Shown here one piece after another: positions 48,918-62,058 of a DNA stretch of 64,000 nucleotides. This DNA is from Pristiophorus japonicus (Eukaryota). Made by a program: the position numbers and the translations under genes. Under the pieces are notes generated by a model. The model saw only the letters and a list, made by a program, of their open reading frames with translations, did no database searches and was not told the DNA's origin. Numbering within the stretch: position 1 is the stretch's first letter; each line of letters starts with the position of its first letter. The DNA lies in contig NC_091999.1 of NCBI RefSeq assembly GCF_044704955.1, forward strand, positions 25,792,001-25,856,000, written 5' to 3'.

Positions 48918-49345
48918 TTAAGAACATAAGAACGTAAGAAATATGTGCAGGTGTAGGTCATGTGGCCCTTCCAGCCTCATTTGCTGGTCAATAAGGTCAT
49001 GGCTGAACTTGTACATCATCTCCACTTCCCATTCCCATATTCGTTTTGAGCCCAAAAATCTATTGACCTCTGTCTCGAATATACAACGACTGAGCCTCCG
49101 CAGCCCCCGGGAAGATAAAAATTGCAAATATTCACCATCCTCTGAGTAAGTAATCCCTCCTCATCTCAGTCCTAAATGGCCGACCCGTTATGCTGGGTCT
49201 ATCACCCCTAGTCCTAGAATTTCCAGCGAGGGTAATCATCCTCTTATCATCGACGCTGCCAAGCCCTGTTAAAATTGTCCCCGTTTCAATGGGATCACCT
49301 AATTCCTCTAAACTCCAGAGAATATAGGCCCACTCTACTCAAGCT
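48918..49345 (-). mobile_element. Old CR1 3' fragment
   Basis: Starts taagaacataagaac (reverse tail) followed by reverse 3' UTR/RT end. Confidence 0.75.
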
Positions 49346-49735
49346 TTAATCTCTCGGTCTGACACGAGGCCACTTCCTTCTCCATTTTAACCCTGTGGAA
49401 ATCAAAGGATAATGCAAAATGATCTGGCAAATCGTCAGGTCAGTAAAGTTCACAAAGGAACACGAACAAATGTGTAATAAATTCCTTTGTATATTTTCTT
49501 AACATGGACTTTAAACCTATTAAAGTGTGCGCTCCTGGGCAAAAAATACCAAAGTTAAGTTCTCAAGAAGAAACTTCATCATTGGAAGGTCTGCCCTCCT
49601 ATTACTGTTCCAAATTGGCACAATGTTTTCCTGACGCTGCACATTAGGTTTTGATACAGTCACAGCCACGGTCTCGACCATGTGGTACATCGAAATGTCT
49701 GTCAGCAAACACAGTCGCAACTGCAATCTTTACAT

Positions 49736-51322
49736 TCCCCAGGGCCTGATGGACTGCATCCCAGAGTACTTAAGGAGGTGGCCTTGGAAATAGTGGATGC
49801 GTTGACAGTCATTTACCAACATTCCATTTAATCTGGATCAGTTCCTATGGAGTGGAGGGTAGCCAATGTAACCCCACTTTTTAAAAAAGGAGGAAGAGAG
49901 AAAACAGGGAATTATAGACCGGTCAGCCTGATATCGGAAGTGGGTAAAATGATGGATCAATTATTAAGGATATCATAGCAGTGCATTTGGAAAGAGGTGA
50001 CATGATCGGTCCAAGTCAGCATGGATTTGTGAAAGGGAAATCATGCTTGACAAATCTTCTGAAATTTTTTGAGGATGTTTCCAGTAGAGTGGATAAGGGA
50101 AAACCAGTTGATGTGGTATATTTGGACTTTCAGAAGGCGTTCGACAAGGTCCCACACAAGAGATTGATGTGCAAAGTTAGAGCACATGGGATTGGGGGTA
50201 ATGTACTGACATGGATTGAGAACTGGTTGTCAGACAGGAAGCAAAGAGTAGGAGTAAATGGGTACTTTTCAGAATGGCAGGCAGTGACTAGTGGGGTACC
50301 GCAAGGTTCTTTGCTGGGGCCCCAGCTGTTTACACTGTACATTAATGATTTAGATGAGGGGATTAAATGTAGTATCTCCAAATTTGCGGATAACACTAAG
50401 TTGGGTGGCAGTGTGAGCTGCGAGGAGGATGCTGTGAGGCTGAAGAGCGACTTGGATAGGTTAGGTGAGTCGGCAAATGCATGGCAGATGAAGTATAATG
50501 TGGATAAATGTGAGGTTATCCACTTTGGTGGTAAAAACAGAGAGACAGACTATTATCTGAATGGTGACAGATTAGGAAAAGGGCAGGTGCAAAGAGACCA
50601 GGGTGTCATGGTACATCAGTCATTGAAGGTTGGCATGCAGGTGCAGCAGGCGGTTAAGAATGCAAATGGCATCTTGGCCTTCATAGCAAGGGGATTTGAT
50701 TACAGGGGCAGGGAGGTGTTGCTACAGTTGTACAGGGCATTGGTGAGGCCACACCTGGAGTATTGTGTACAGTTTTGGTCTCCTAACCTGAGGAAGGACA
50801 TTCTTGCTATTGAGGGAGTGCAGCGAAGGTTCACCAGACTGATTCCCGGGATGGCGGGACTTTCATATCAAGAAAGACTGGATCAACTGGGCTTGTATTC
50901 ACTGGAGTTCAGAAGAGTGAGAGGGGACCTCATAGAAACATTTAAAGTTCTGACGGGGTTAGATAGGTTAGATGCAGGAAGAATGTTCCCAATGTTGGGG
51001 AAGTCCAGAACCAAAGGTCACAGTCTAAGGATAAGGGGTAAGCCATTTAGGACCGAGATGCAGAGGAACTTCTTCACCCAGAGAGTGGTGAACCTTTGGA
51101 ATTCTCTACCACAGAAAGTTGTTGAGGCCAATTCACTAAATATATTCAAAAAGGAGTAAGATGAGGTCCTTACTACTAGGGGGATCAAGGGGTATGGCGA
51201 GAAAGCAGGAATGGGGTCCTGAAGTTGAATGTTCAGCCATGAACTCATTGAATGGCGGTGCAGGTTGGAGGGCCGAATGGCCTTCTCCTGCACCTATTTT
51301 CTATGTTTCTATGTTTCTATGT
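49736..51322 (+). mobile_element. Young 5'-truncated CR1 with an open RT frame (49981-51159)
   Basis: 392-aa ORF with QHGFVKGKSCLTNL, YLDFQKAFDKVPH, GVPQGS, FADNTKL and LVRPHLEYCVQFW; (TTTCTATG)3 tail. Confidence 0.95.
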
Positions 51323-52685
51323 TTAACAATGGCCTAGAAATCCCAGTCGAAGTCTTCCCGAAGGCGATGGACTAAAAAATGTTAAAAGTTGCACAACTAC
51401 CTGCAATTGCTGCGACTACCATCAATTCAGGCCTAAGGCCTCCACGCTGTGCAGCAGAGGCGTGCACGTCTCAACGTCCATAAGCTTGAGCTGGAATCAC
51501 ATGGCCCTGGGCAGCCAATCAAGGTACAATATTTTCTCATTTAAAAAACGGGAACTCCATAAGTTGGATTTCCGGTTATTTTGATTGAGAAACACACCCG
51601 CCAAACATCAAAACAAAAAGAAAAAAAAGAAAAAATACACTACATTTTTTATATTTATTTAAATTTAAGCTATTTTTGTCCAATAAAAAAATCTTTCCAA
51701 TTTAAAAAAAAGTTTTTTTTATTTCCGGTTTAAAATAAACTTACCTCAGTGGGCAGGGTTTTAACAAAAAATGTATTTTAAATTTTATTTTGCTATGAGT
51801 TTCATGATTTAAAACTCTTATGCCTATAAAAGAAGGCTTTGCGCCTGCTTTTATCAGCTTCAAGTTTTCAGGACATTTGCAATCTTGCCCATGCGAATGT
51901 GCTGGCTGCTGAGATGTGGAGGATCTGTCAAGTTGGAGCTTGACAGATGGGAAAAGCCGGCTTTCAACCATGCACATTGTGCACAGAGCACATTGTACCA
52001 AGTGAACAGTAATAAATGACGCTGTCAGACACCTGGCAATATTGAATGTTTAAAGGAACCGTTCCTGTGGCATTGTCTAATGTAACTACAGCAGACACTT
52101 CCCAAAGGCAGTTACATTATTTCTAGATCGAGCTTTGCAGTATTTATTGCGGATTTGCCTCTGGCTGCTGAATGCATGAGAAAAAATGAAGAGTGAGGAG
52201 GTGATGTCGGATAATTACACTTCAAAGTGAAACTTTGCCCGTCACCCAAGGTGTTACTCGGTGGGTCCTGAAACACGGACACTATTTCCTCACTGGACTA
52301 GATAAGGAGCATTAGCAAGTAAAAGGCATCATGTTATCAGATTAAACAACACTCAAGCAATGGAGGCTGGACCCACACGTGCAATTTCATAAATGCCAGT
52401 AACACATACACACAGCTCAATGCATTGCGCAAAGCCCACCCTCAGTGTAAACAGGAGAGCAACTGGAAACAAATACCTGAATGGCACCTCGGGAACAGAT
52501 CTCTGCAAACCATAAGTGGAAAACAAAGCTTCTAGCACATACTGACAGGTGCTGATGGGTTTTATAACATTGTCAACCTTTCATTGTCCATTCAAAAAAA
52601 CAGGACGAATCAGCGTCAGAAGACAGGATTGAAATCATGATACTGAGTTTGGAGTGAAGATCTTTATCAAGAAACACAATCATGA

Positions 52686-52686
52686 A

Positions 52687-52719
<33 letters not shown>

Positions 52720-52950
52720 TTACATTGCTCTCTGTCTCTCATTATCTCTGTATCAGTCTCTCTATCTATGTACCTTTCTCTTTCTCTCTATCTCTCTCTC
52801 TTTCCATCTCTCTATCTTTCTCTGTATCTCTGTATCAGTCTATCTATCTATGTATCTCTCTCGCTCTCTCTTTCTTTATCTCTTTTCCTCGCTCCCTGTA
52901 CCGCTTGCTCAATCGCTGTATCTCTCAACCTCTTTGTATCATTGTCTCTG
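52686..52950. repeat. (TC)n-rich low-complexity tract
   Basis: Direct reading. Confidence 0.9.
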
Positions 52951-53874
52951 TTGGTGTAGAAGGAAAACTTCTCTTACTCAAGGTGGACTCCCTCATGTAA
53001 GGAATCGACACCCACCCGCCCGTATAGCGACCACAGAATCACTCAGACGAAACTTCGTTTCAACTGGTTTGTATTCAAGCATGCAGGGGAAGTTTTCATG
53101 GATGGACCTTCCCAGAACAGAGGTTTTGCAAATACACTTCTACAATTTTAGAGGTGTGCGCCCCTCTTAAAAAAAACATCGATTGGCATACTGCTATCAA
53201 CGAACTTACATTGATGTGTCGACCCTTGTCAGACTGGCTCTGAGTAGTGCTTCCCCACCTCTCCATCTTGCATCACATGTCACCCTTCTGGAATGTGTTA
53301 TTCTGTGGTGTCAAATTTGCCTCAATTCCTCATGAAGTGTGAATTGAAATTGCTTCCCAGGATTTGCTATCTTGTTCCCAAATACATACTTTCTTATCCT
53401 GTGCCCAAGAGAATTCTAGTGAAAATGTTCGAGTTCCCTTAAGAATCTCATGAGATTGAGATGCTGTCCAATCTTGTTTCAAACTGTTAATTCTCCACTG
53501 ACTTTGATGGATGTGTTATTCTGTACTGAATGTATGTTTCCCTCAGTCTTTATTAAGGTTAACACAACGAATGGTTCATCACGCTTTACTGTGAAGCATA
53601 ATTTGCTGTTTCCGTGACTGAAAACCCATAAAAAGCGAGAGTATAAGCGTGCTGTACATACATAAGTGAGTTTTTCATACAACCGGTCAATTTAATATAT
53701 ATTATAATCCCTACCGTAAGACAGAGGAACTCCTGATTCCTCAGAACCTCCTAATACTGATAAGGCCTACAATCTAGACCATGTGTTAGATCAATTCACT
53801 ACCTTCAGTAGCCACTTTAATGACCATCTGTCCGTCTGTCCACTCCCACTTTAGTGATGGTATTTTATCCCCTT

Positions 53875-56800
53875 AAAGTCTCTCTTTATCTCTCTCGATT
53901 TCTTTACCTCTGTATAATTTGTATCTATCTATATATATATATATGTCTATACATATCTGTATTTCTGACAGTCTGACTTTCTCTCTATCTCTCCCTTTAA
54001 CTCTCGCTCTCCCTTTCTCTTTCTCTCTGTTTCTCTGAATCACTCTGTATCTCTTTATCCCTGTGTCTGTCTTATGCNNNNNNNNNNNNNNNNNNNNNNN
54101 NNNNNNNNNNNNNNNNNNNNNNNNNNNNNNNNNNNNNNNNNNNNNNNNNNNNNNNNNNNNNNNNNNNNNNNNNNNNNNNNNNNNNNNNNNNNNNNNNNNN
54201 NNNNNNNNNNNNNNNNNNNNNNNNNNNNNNNNNNATCTCTCTATCTATATACCTCTTTGTATCTCTGTCTCTCCCCATAGCGGTCTCTCTATCTCTCTAT
54301 CTCGCTCAGTATCTCATAAGCCCTGCTTTACCCTGTGCCTGATTTTCTCAATGTCTCTCTATCAGTTTAACCCCTGTTTTCTCCCTATTTCTGAATTATC
54401 AGTGTCTATCTATCTGATCACGCCCTGTTTTTTTCACTCCTGACTTTCTCACTGTCTCTCTGTCTCTCTGTCTGATTACCCCTTGTCTCATTCGCTCTCT
54501 CTGACTGTCTCAGTGTCTGTCGATCTGATTACCTCCTGTTTCACTCCCTCTGTCTGATTATCTCAGTGTCTCTCTATCTGCTTACCCTACGTTGCTCTCT
54601 TTCTGACTGTCCCAGTATTTATTTATCTGATTAACCCCTCTCTCTTTCCCCGTCTATGTGTTTCAATGTCTATCCATCTNNNNNNNNNNNNNNNNNNNNN
54701 NNNNNNNNNNNNNNNNNNNNNNNNNNNNNNNNNNNNNNNNNNNNNNNNNNNNNNNNNNNNNNNNNNNNNNNNNNNNNNNNNNNNNNNNNNNNNNNNNNNN
54801 NNNNNNNNNNNNNNNNNATCTGTGATCTCTCTGTTTCAGACTACATCAGTGTATATCGATCAGATTACCCGTATTTCTCTCTCACTGTCTGTTGCCTCAT
54901 TGTCTTCCTATCTGACGAATTCCTGTTATCTCTCTGTCTGACAGCCTCTGTCTCTCTTTCTGTCTGATTACCCCCTATTTCTCTCTCTGTCTGTCTGTCA
55001 AAATGTATCTCTATCTGAATAATACCTGCTTCTCCCTCTCTGTCTGACTGTCTCACTGTCTCCATCTGATTACCCCTGTTTCTCTATCTTCCTGAGTGTA
55101 TCGAAATTTCTTTATCTGATTACCCCTGTTCTCTCTATCTCTCTGCCTGATTGTCTCAATGTATCTCTATTCGATTAACGTCTGCTTCTGTCTCGTAGTA
55201 ACTGATTGTCTGAGTCTCACTCTATCTAATTTACCCCTGTTTCTCTCTCTGTAATTCGGTCTCAGTATCTCTCTATATGATTAACGTTGTTTGTCTTTCG
55301 GTCTTTCTGTCTCAGAGTCTCCATATCTGATCAGTGCCTGATTTTATCTCCCTGACTGTGCCGTTTCATTCCATCTGATTAATCTGTTTTTCTCTTTGTG
55401 TCTGACACTATCAGTGTCCCTATCTAAATACTCCATCCTTCTCTCTCTGTGTGTCTGTTACCTCAGTACCTCACTTTCTCATTATCCCCTGTTTCTCTCT
55501 CTGTCTGTCTGTCAAAATATCATTCTATCTGAATATTACCTGCTTCACCCTCTCTGTCTGACTGTCTCACTGCCTCTATCTGATTACCTCCTGTTTCTCT
55601 ATCCTCCTGACTGTAGCGAAATGTATTTGTCTGATTTCCCCTGTTCTCCCTCTCTCTGTCTGATTATCTCAATATCTCTATTCGATTAACCCCTGGTTCT
55701 GTCTCGTAGTATCTGATTCTCTCAGTGTCACTATCTAATTTACCGCTGTTCGTCTGTCTACCTGTCTCTCTCAGTATATCTATGTATGATTAACACTGTT
55801 TGTCTTCCGGTCTTTTTGTCTCAGAGTCTCACAATCTGATCACTCCCTGATTTTATCTCTGTCTGTCGCAGTTTCACTCCATTTGATTCATCTGTTTTTC
55901 TCTCTGTGTCTGACAGTCTCAGCGTCTTTTCTGAATACTCCCTCCTTCTCTCTCTCTGTGTCTGTTACCACAGTACCTATCTTTCTGATTGACCATTTTT
56001 CTCTCTCTCTCTGTCAAAATATCTCTCTATCTGAATATTACCTGCTTCTCCCTCTCGGCCTGACTCACTGTCTCACTATCTGATTAACCCCTGTTTCTCT
56101 CTCTATGTGTCTGACTGTCTCGGTGTTTCTCTATACAATTAACGCCTCCTTCTGTCATTAATGTCATACGAGAAGAGACAAGATCAACTGGGCCTTTATT
56201 CACTGGACTTTAGGAGGATGGGAGGGGATCTCATAGAAACGTATAAGATTTTGACGGGACTGTACAGCTAAGATGCAGGAAGAATGTTCCCAATGTTGGG
56301 GAAGACCAGAACCAGGGGACGTAGTCTTAGGATAACGGGTAAGCCATTTAGGAGAAACTTCTTCACTCAGAGAGTTATTAAACGATGGAATTCCCTGCCG
56401 CAGAGAGTTGTTGATGCCAGTTCATTGGATATATTCAACAGGGAGTTCGATATGGCCCTTCCGGCTAAGGGGATCAAGGGGTATGGATAGAAAGCAGGAA
56501 AAGGATACTGAGGGAATGATCAGTCATAATCGTATTGAATGGCGGTGCAGGCTCGAAGGGCCGAATGGCCTAATCTTGCAACTATTTTCTATATTTCTAT
56601 GATTGGCTGTAAACCTATCTAATTTACTACTGTGTCTCTCTGTGTCTGTCTGTCTCAGTATTTCTCTATTTGATTATCCCTGTTTATCATTCGGTCTCAC
56701 AGTGTCAGAGTCTCTCTAACTGATTACTCCGTGCTTCACGCTGTTTGACTGTCTCAGTTACAATCCATCTGATTAACCCGTTTTTCTCTCTCTGTCTGTA

Positions 56801-57670
56801 TCTCAGAGTCTCTCTCTATGTCTGCCATTCCCAGTGTATANNNNNNNNNNNNNNNNNNNNNNNNNNNNNNNNNNNNNNNNNNNNNNNNNNNNNNNNNNNN
56901 NNNNNNNNNNNNNNNNNNNNNNNNNNNNNNNNNNNNNNNNNNNNNNNNNNNNNNNNNNNNNNNNNNNNNNNNNNNNNNNNNNNNNNNNNNNNNNNNNNNN
57001 NNNNNNNNNNNNNNNNNNNNNNNNNNNNNNNNNNNNNNNNNNNNNNNNNNNNNNNTCTACCTGAATACATCCTGCGTCTCTCTCGCTCTCTGTCCGACTG
57101 TGTCTCAGTGAGATTCTATATGATTGCCCCTTGTTTCTATATCTGTATGACTGTCGCAGTATATCTCTATCTCATTACTCCCTGCTTCTCACTCTCTGTC
57201 TGGCTATTTCAGTGTCTCCCTATCTGATTAATATTTGCGAATGGCTCTCTGAATCTAACTGCCTCAGCGTGTCTCTATCTGATTACTCCTCCCTCTCTCT
57301 ATCTCTGTCTGATTGTCACATTGTTGCCCTCTCTGATTAGTCCCTGTTCTCTGTGTGTCTGACTATGTCAATGTCTCTCGCTCTATGATTACACCCTGTT
57401 ACTGTCTGTGCCTGACTGTTTCAGTTTCTCTCTGTATGATCACCCACTGTTTCAGTCTCACTGTCAGATTACCTCAATGTCTTATTATCTGACTACGCCT
57501 GATCTTCTCCCTGTCTGACTGTCTCCGTGTCTCTCTATCTGATCACTCCTGTTTTTCTCCCTGTCTGACTCTCAGTGTCTCTCTATCTAAATACCTATCG
57601 TTTTCCCTCTACTTCTGAATGTCGCAGTATTTCTCTATCTGATTTCCCATTGCTTCTCTCTCTCTCCGTA
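53875..57670. repeat. Degenerate TC-rich satellite (tctgattacccctgtttctctctctgtctgactgtctcagtgtctctcta-like units) with three gaps and a CR1 insertion
   Basis: Recurrent tctgatta / ctgtctcag motifs; N gaps at 54078-54234, 54680-54817 and 56841-57055. Confidence 0.85.
56163..56601 (+). mobile_element. CR1 3' fragment
   Basis: MFPMLGKTRTRGRSLRI...FTQRV..WNSLPQ; ttttctatatttctatg tail. Confidence 0.9.
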
Positions 57671-57689
57671 TGCCTCCTCTAATTCGTTA

Positions 57690-58675
57690 GGTAGTATCAA
57701 ATTACAAATGTCAGTATCCAAGTACTCAATAATGTGCTCCTGAGTCTGCTTTGTAGCTCCACTGTGGCCTGATGGGGTTGCATTAATATTTCTCCTATAT
57801 TGATGGAGGCTGCATCTATCATGACCAGTTCTGAGGCAGTTAAATGGTCGCGCACTCTTTGTGATGAAGTTCAGATTCTACAGGATGTACTGTGGGGTTT
57901 ACTATAAGGAATCCATTTCAGTTCTACCAGGCATTTGGCCATCGGTCGTTAAGGCTGAGGGGAGATCGTTGAGGGGCTTTGGTAGTGCCCCAAAATGGCC
58001 TTCTACATTTAAGACGGGTTGGTAGCAGATTGTTCAATTCTGCCTGGATCAGCATATTTTTGTATCAGCATGTATTTTCTGGAGAATAATTATTTGCGAC
58101 GTGTGTGTGGTAGTGCAATGTTTGTAAGCACGGGGAGCCAAGGTGTTGGTGTCGATAAAAGCGTACCGGTGATTATTCTCATAGTAGAATTCAGCTGGAC
58201 ATCAACGGATTTAACAACCGAAATTGATATCCAAGCCGGAAAGCGGAACTCCACTGCAGAGTAAACCAGTGCGAGTGCTGTAGTACGGGGGGAGGGGGAG
58301 GGCTTGAGGGTCTGATCCTCATGTGGTTCCGGCGAGTTTCTCGATCATGTTCATTCTACTCTTCAGTTTCTTGCCAAGGCACTGGAGATGTTGTCTATAT
58401 GACAGCGTGTGATCCAGCCTGAATCCTAAATAGGAGGGTTTTTTTTGGCATCGTTTATTGCTATTCCACATAAGGAGCCTTTCAAAGCTTGGTATGCTTG
58501 ATGGGTGTGAAGGTGGAATGCCGAGGTGACAATCTTTTCCGGGTTTGGCCGGAGATGCCATCGGCAGAAGTAGGTTTCCATCGTCTTGTAGGAGTTAGTT
58601 TTTCAATGTCCTGTATCTGCTCTTCTGGGTGCCAGGGTAAACAGGGGAGCTTCGGATTCGAAGCACGGAGTTACA
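57690..58675 (-). mobile_element. Vingi/Ingi-like non-LTR retrotransposon 3' fragment
   Basis: YLGFRLDHTLSYRQHL...KLKSRMNMIEKLAGTT, then RTTALALVYSAVEF and QLNSTMRIITGTLLSTPTPWLPVLTNIA. Confidence 0.7.
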
Positions 58676-59719
58676 CAAGAACATAAGAAATAGCAACAGG
58701 AGGAGGCCACCTGGCCCCACAAGCCTACTCCACAATATATAAGATCATGGTTGATTTGATCATGGACTCAGTTCCCTGCCTGCTCCCCCTGACCCTTTTA
58801 TTTCCTTATCGATCAAAAATCTGTCAAATTCTGTGTTAAATGTGTTCATAATCATCATCATCATAGGCAGTCCCTTGGAATCGAGAAAGACTTGCTTCCA
58901 CTCCGGAAGTGAGTTCTTTGGTGGCTGAACAGTCCATACGAGAGCCTGTGTAGCTGTCCAGTCCGCTAGCTTTTAGTGATTGCTGTACTCGGACAACGAA
59001 ATTTTTAGGGCTCAAAATGTTCTTTGTTCCTGGGAGGTGAATGACTACAGCGAGGTTTTACTAGCCAATCCCCAGGCGCCTTGAGTGTATTAGCAGAGAA
59101 GCAGGTTAAGTGAGGAACAGATTCCCTACAATGAAAGATATTATTCAACCAATTGTGGTTTTTAACAACCATCCGTCAGCTTTCATCCTACTTTCCTTTT
59201 GGCAACTCACATATTTTCAGCTGTATTTTACATCAGTTTCACGGCTTGGGGAGCTTCGAACTTACGAACTGCGAGTTACTGGTCTAGTACTCTTACTGCT
59301 GGGCTGGTTGTTCCACTGTAAGGTTGATATCTGTAGAGCAAGATGGCCCATTATAGAAATCATATTAAAGTTGGAAGCTTTAACTACTGATATGGACAAA
59401 GACGAACCTAGCAATTGTAACTGCATTTATGATTGGAGACTTGAGATTTCGATTGAAGCTAATAAGTTTACGCGATCTAATCGAGTTTTTGTTGTAAAGT
59501 AGCTTTACTGGAGAGAAGATGAAAAGACTGATTCCTCTGCTTGTGGGAATCGGTAAAGAAAGATCATAAAATTCAAAATATTAACAAGAGAGTGACAGAA
59601 GCTCAGAAAAATATATGCATGGACGCGAGCGTGGGAGTTGTTGGAGCATGGGACATTTTGCCACAAATAGTGTTTGAGGCAGAGAACATTACGCCTTAAA
59701 AAAGTTGCAGCGGTATTTT

Positions 59720-60150
59720 CGTTATGTTACTCAATTTGTAATCCAGAGGCCTGGGCGAAGCAGTTTATTGCACGAATTAAAATGGTACCTGCGTAGTTTG
59801 GGAATTTAAATTCCGATTTTTAAAAAATAAATGAGACGCTGGTATCAGAAAAAGTGACCATAAAGTGATCGGCTTTGGCAAAAACCCCAACGGGTACACT
59901 AATGTCACGTCAGGGAAAGAAATCAGCCGTCCTTACCCCAAAAGTGACTCCAGTCCCATACTCAACGTAATTTAGCTCTTTGAAATGGCCCTGCATGCCC
60001 CCCAGTTGTATCAAACGCTTGAAAGGAGCAGAACTGCAGTGGTTCGAAAAGCAGATGGCTCACCAGCAATTTCTCAAGGGGAAACCAAGGGATGGGCAAT
60101 AAATGCTGACATGCCAGTGAAATCCATATCCCTATAATTAATAACGAAAG
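59720..60150 (+). mobile_element. Degenerate SINE (HE1-like)
   Basis: gtaatccagaggcct head; tcaccagcaatttctcaaggg...gatgggcaataaatgctg 3' end. Confidence 0.45.
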
Positions 60151-61373
60151 GAAAGGTTTAAGATGCAGTTGCATTAATTTCAGACTGTTGAAACCGACAA
60201 CCCTCCACGACCTGTCTGCTCCTTCAATTCTGGCCACTTGTGCAATCCCAATTTAATCGCTCCAAAATTAGCCGCCGTGTCTTCACCTGCCTCGGCCCTA
60301 AACTTTGGAATTCCACCCCTAAATATCTGCCCTAATATCTCCGTATGTAGCTAGGTGGCAAATGTTATAAGAACACAAGAAATAGAAGCAGGATTAGGCC
60401 ACCTGGCTCCTTGAGCCTGTTGCGTCATTCAACAAGATCATGGCTGATCGGATCATGGACTCAGCTCCACTTCCCTGCGCTCTCCCCATGACCATTTATT
60501 CCCTTATCGCTCAAAAATCTGTCCATGTTGCCTCGTTAACAGGGTCAATTTGTAAAGCGAGAGCAGTGAAGGAAACAATTAATGTTGTTCTGGCAGCTGT
60601 GCGGGAGCTTCCCATTAAAGGAGCTGTTTGCTGACCATTACCACTAAGCATAGCCGATAAAAGGGGGATGTAGACGGGAAGCGAGCCATGAAGGATTTGA
60701 ACACAATGATGTGGTAAATTAAAAGAACTCCTTTAACCTCAATAAAATGGAGAGTCACTGGCAGGTTTGAGCAGAATGCGATGGCACGAACACCAAGAGG
60801 TAAATCATAATACAAAAGCAAAATACTGCGGATGATAGAATCTGACATAAAAAATAAAATGCTGGAAATCTCAGAGGGCCAGGCAGCATCTGTGGAGAGA
60901 GAAACAGAGTTGACCTTTCAGGTAGATGAACCTTCATCAGAACTGGCGATTGTTCCGAATGAAAAGATTCTTATGGAGCACTGAAAGGGGGAGGGGAAGA
61001 AAGAATAAAAGAGAAAATAGGTAAATCATATTGCGTCTGAAGAATTTTCAGCATCAGTCCTAAGCTGACCTTTCATAGTTTGAACTTGCGTCCTCAGGTT
61101 CTACTTCCGCGGTTTCATTTAAAGTAATAATCAGAGTTAACTTTTTTATGCACTTCGCGATCTTGAAAACCTGTTGGAGTAATTGCAGTCTGGAATTCGG
61201 GTGATGGTTGGAACAGCGCTAGTGTCCAATTATTTCATCATTCAGCTGCGAAACTAATCATTACAACGCCGTTACTGAGCAGTGAAACACGTTGCAGACG
61301 CCGCAGCATGAATTAACACTTTTGTCTGCATCTGATGATAATTTCAAAGAAAGGAGGAAGGGATCATTGGGTG

Positions 61374-61374
61374 A

Positions 61375-61423
<49 letters not shown>

Positions 61424-61424
61424 G
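61374..61424. repeat. (GA)n microsatellite
   Basis: About 20 GA units. Confidence 0.95.
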
Positions 61425-61581
61425 AAAGACTGTGTATTTAGATATCTGCCGGTCTATCTAGTTAGTTATCTACCCAGCTATATATTATCGAGCGTTTTCG
61501 TTTTATTGTTTGATTTCTATTGTAACATCCCAATGCCGGGTCTCAGAGCTGATTCAGTGAGAGGTAATTAAATTCCATTGC

Positions 61582-61620
61582 TTGTTTTGTACGGACTGAC
61601 TGCGCCCGTGTAGCAGTGTG
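61582..61620 (-). other. 23-bp-spacer RSS of the TCR V segment
   Basis: CACACTG + CTACACGGGCGCAGTCAGTCCGT (23 nt) + ACAAAACAA. Confidence 0.88.
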
Positions 61621-61927
61621 GGGGTCAGCGCAGAGTGATGCACGGCAGATTCAGAGACAAGAGCCCCGGATATATTTAAAGGAACTGTTTACTAGTCTTG
61701 GTCCAAAGCAGCAGAAAACCGTCCTGGGAAATCAGGAGAATGATCCCTATTACCCTTGCCGTATCTGTTCAGTAAATATCTCGGAGCTTCCCCGGGATAC
61801 TGGACATACCAGAAGAGAATTGGGGCAGTGTACGCTGCTGAGTAATTACCGTTCAGTTTTAAGGTCTGACCCTCCTGAATCATTACTTCAGACGGATGCT
61901 GGGACACTGAATCTTCGCCACTCCTTC
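61621..61927 (-). pseudogene. T-cell receptor alpha/delta-type V exon
   Basis: EDSVSQHPSEVMIQEGQTLKLNGNYSAAYTAPILFWYVQYPGEAPRYLLNRYGKGNRDHSPDFPGRFSAALDQD**TVPLNISGALVSESAVHHSALTP. Both canonical Cys lost; tandem TAG TAA; no frameshift; ttccag acceptor. Confidence 0.87.
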
Positions 61928-62012
61928 CTGGAACAAAATACAGAATGTGTTAAAAGTCTGATAGTAAATATAACCCATGGAACACAAACTGACCCTTTAA
62001 ACATAGACTCAC

Positions 62013-62058
62013 CGGGCAGCATGGCAATTATTATCAGTAGTGAAGATGGGGAACACAT
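62013..62058 (-). pseudogene. TCR V leader exon
   Basis: MCSPSSLLIIIAMLP plus 1 nt, then a GTGAGT donor; 85-bp intron. Confidence 0.87.

Noticed and set aside
49981-51159. 392-aa RT ORF as a domesticated gene
   Set aside because: 5'-truncated young CR1 with a normal 3' tail; no ATG start, and YADD-equivalent reads FADN.
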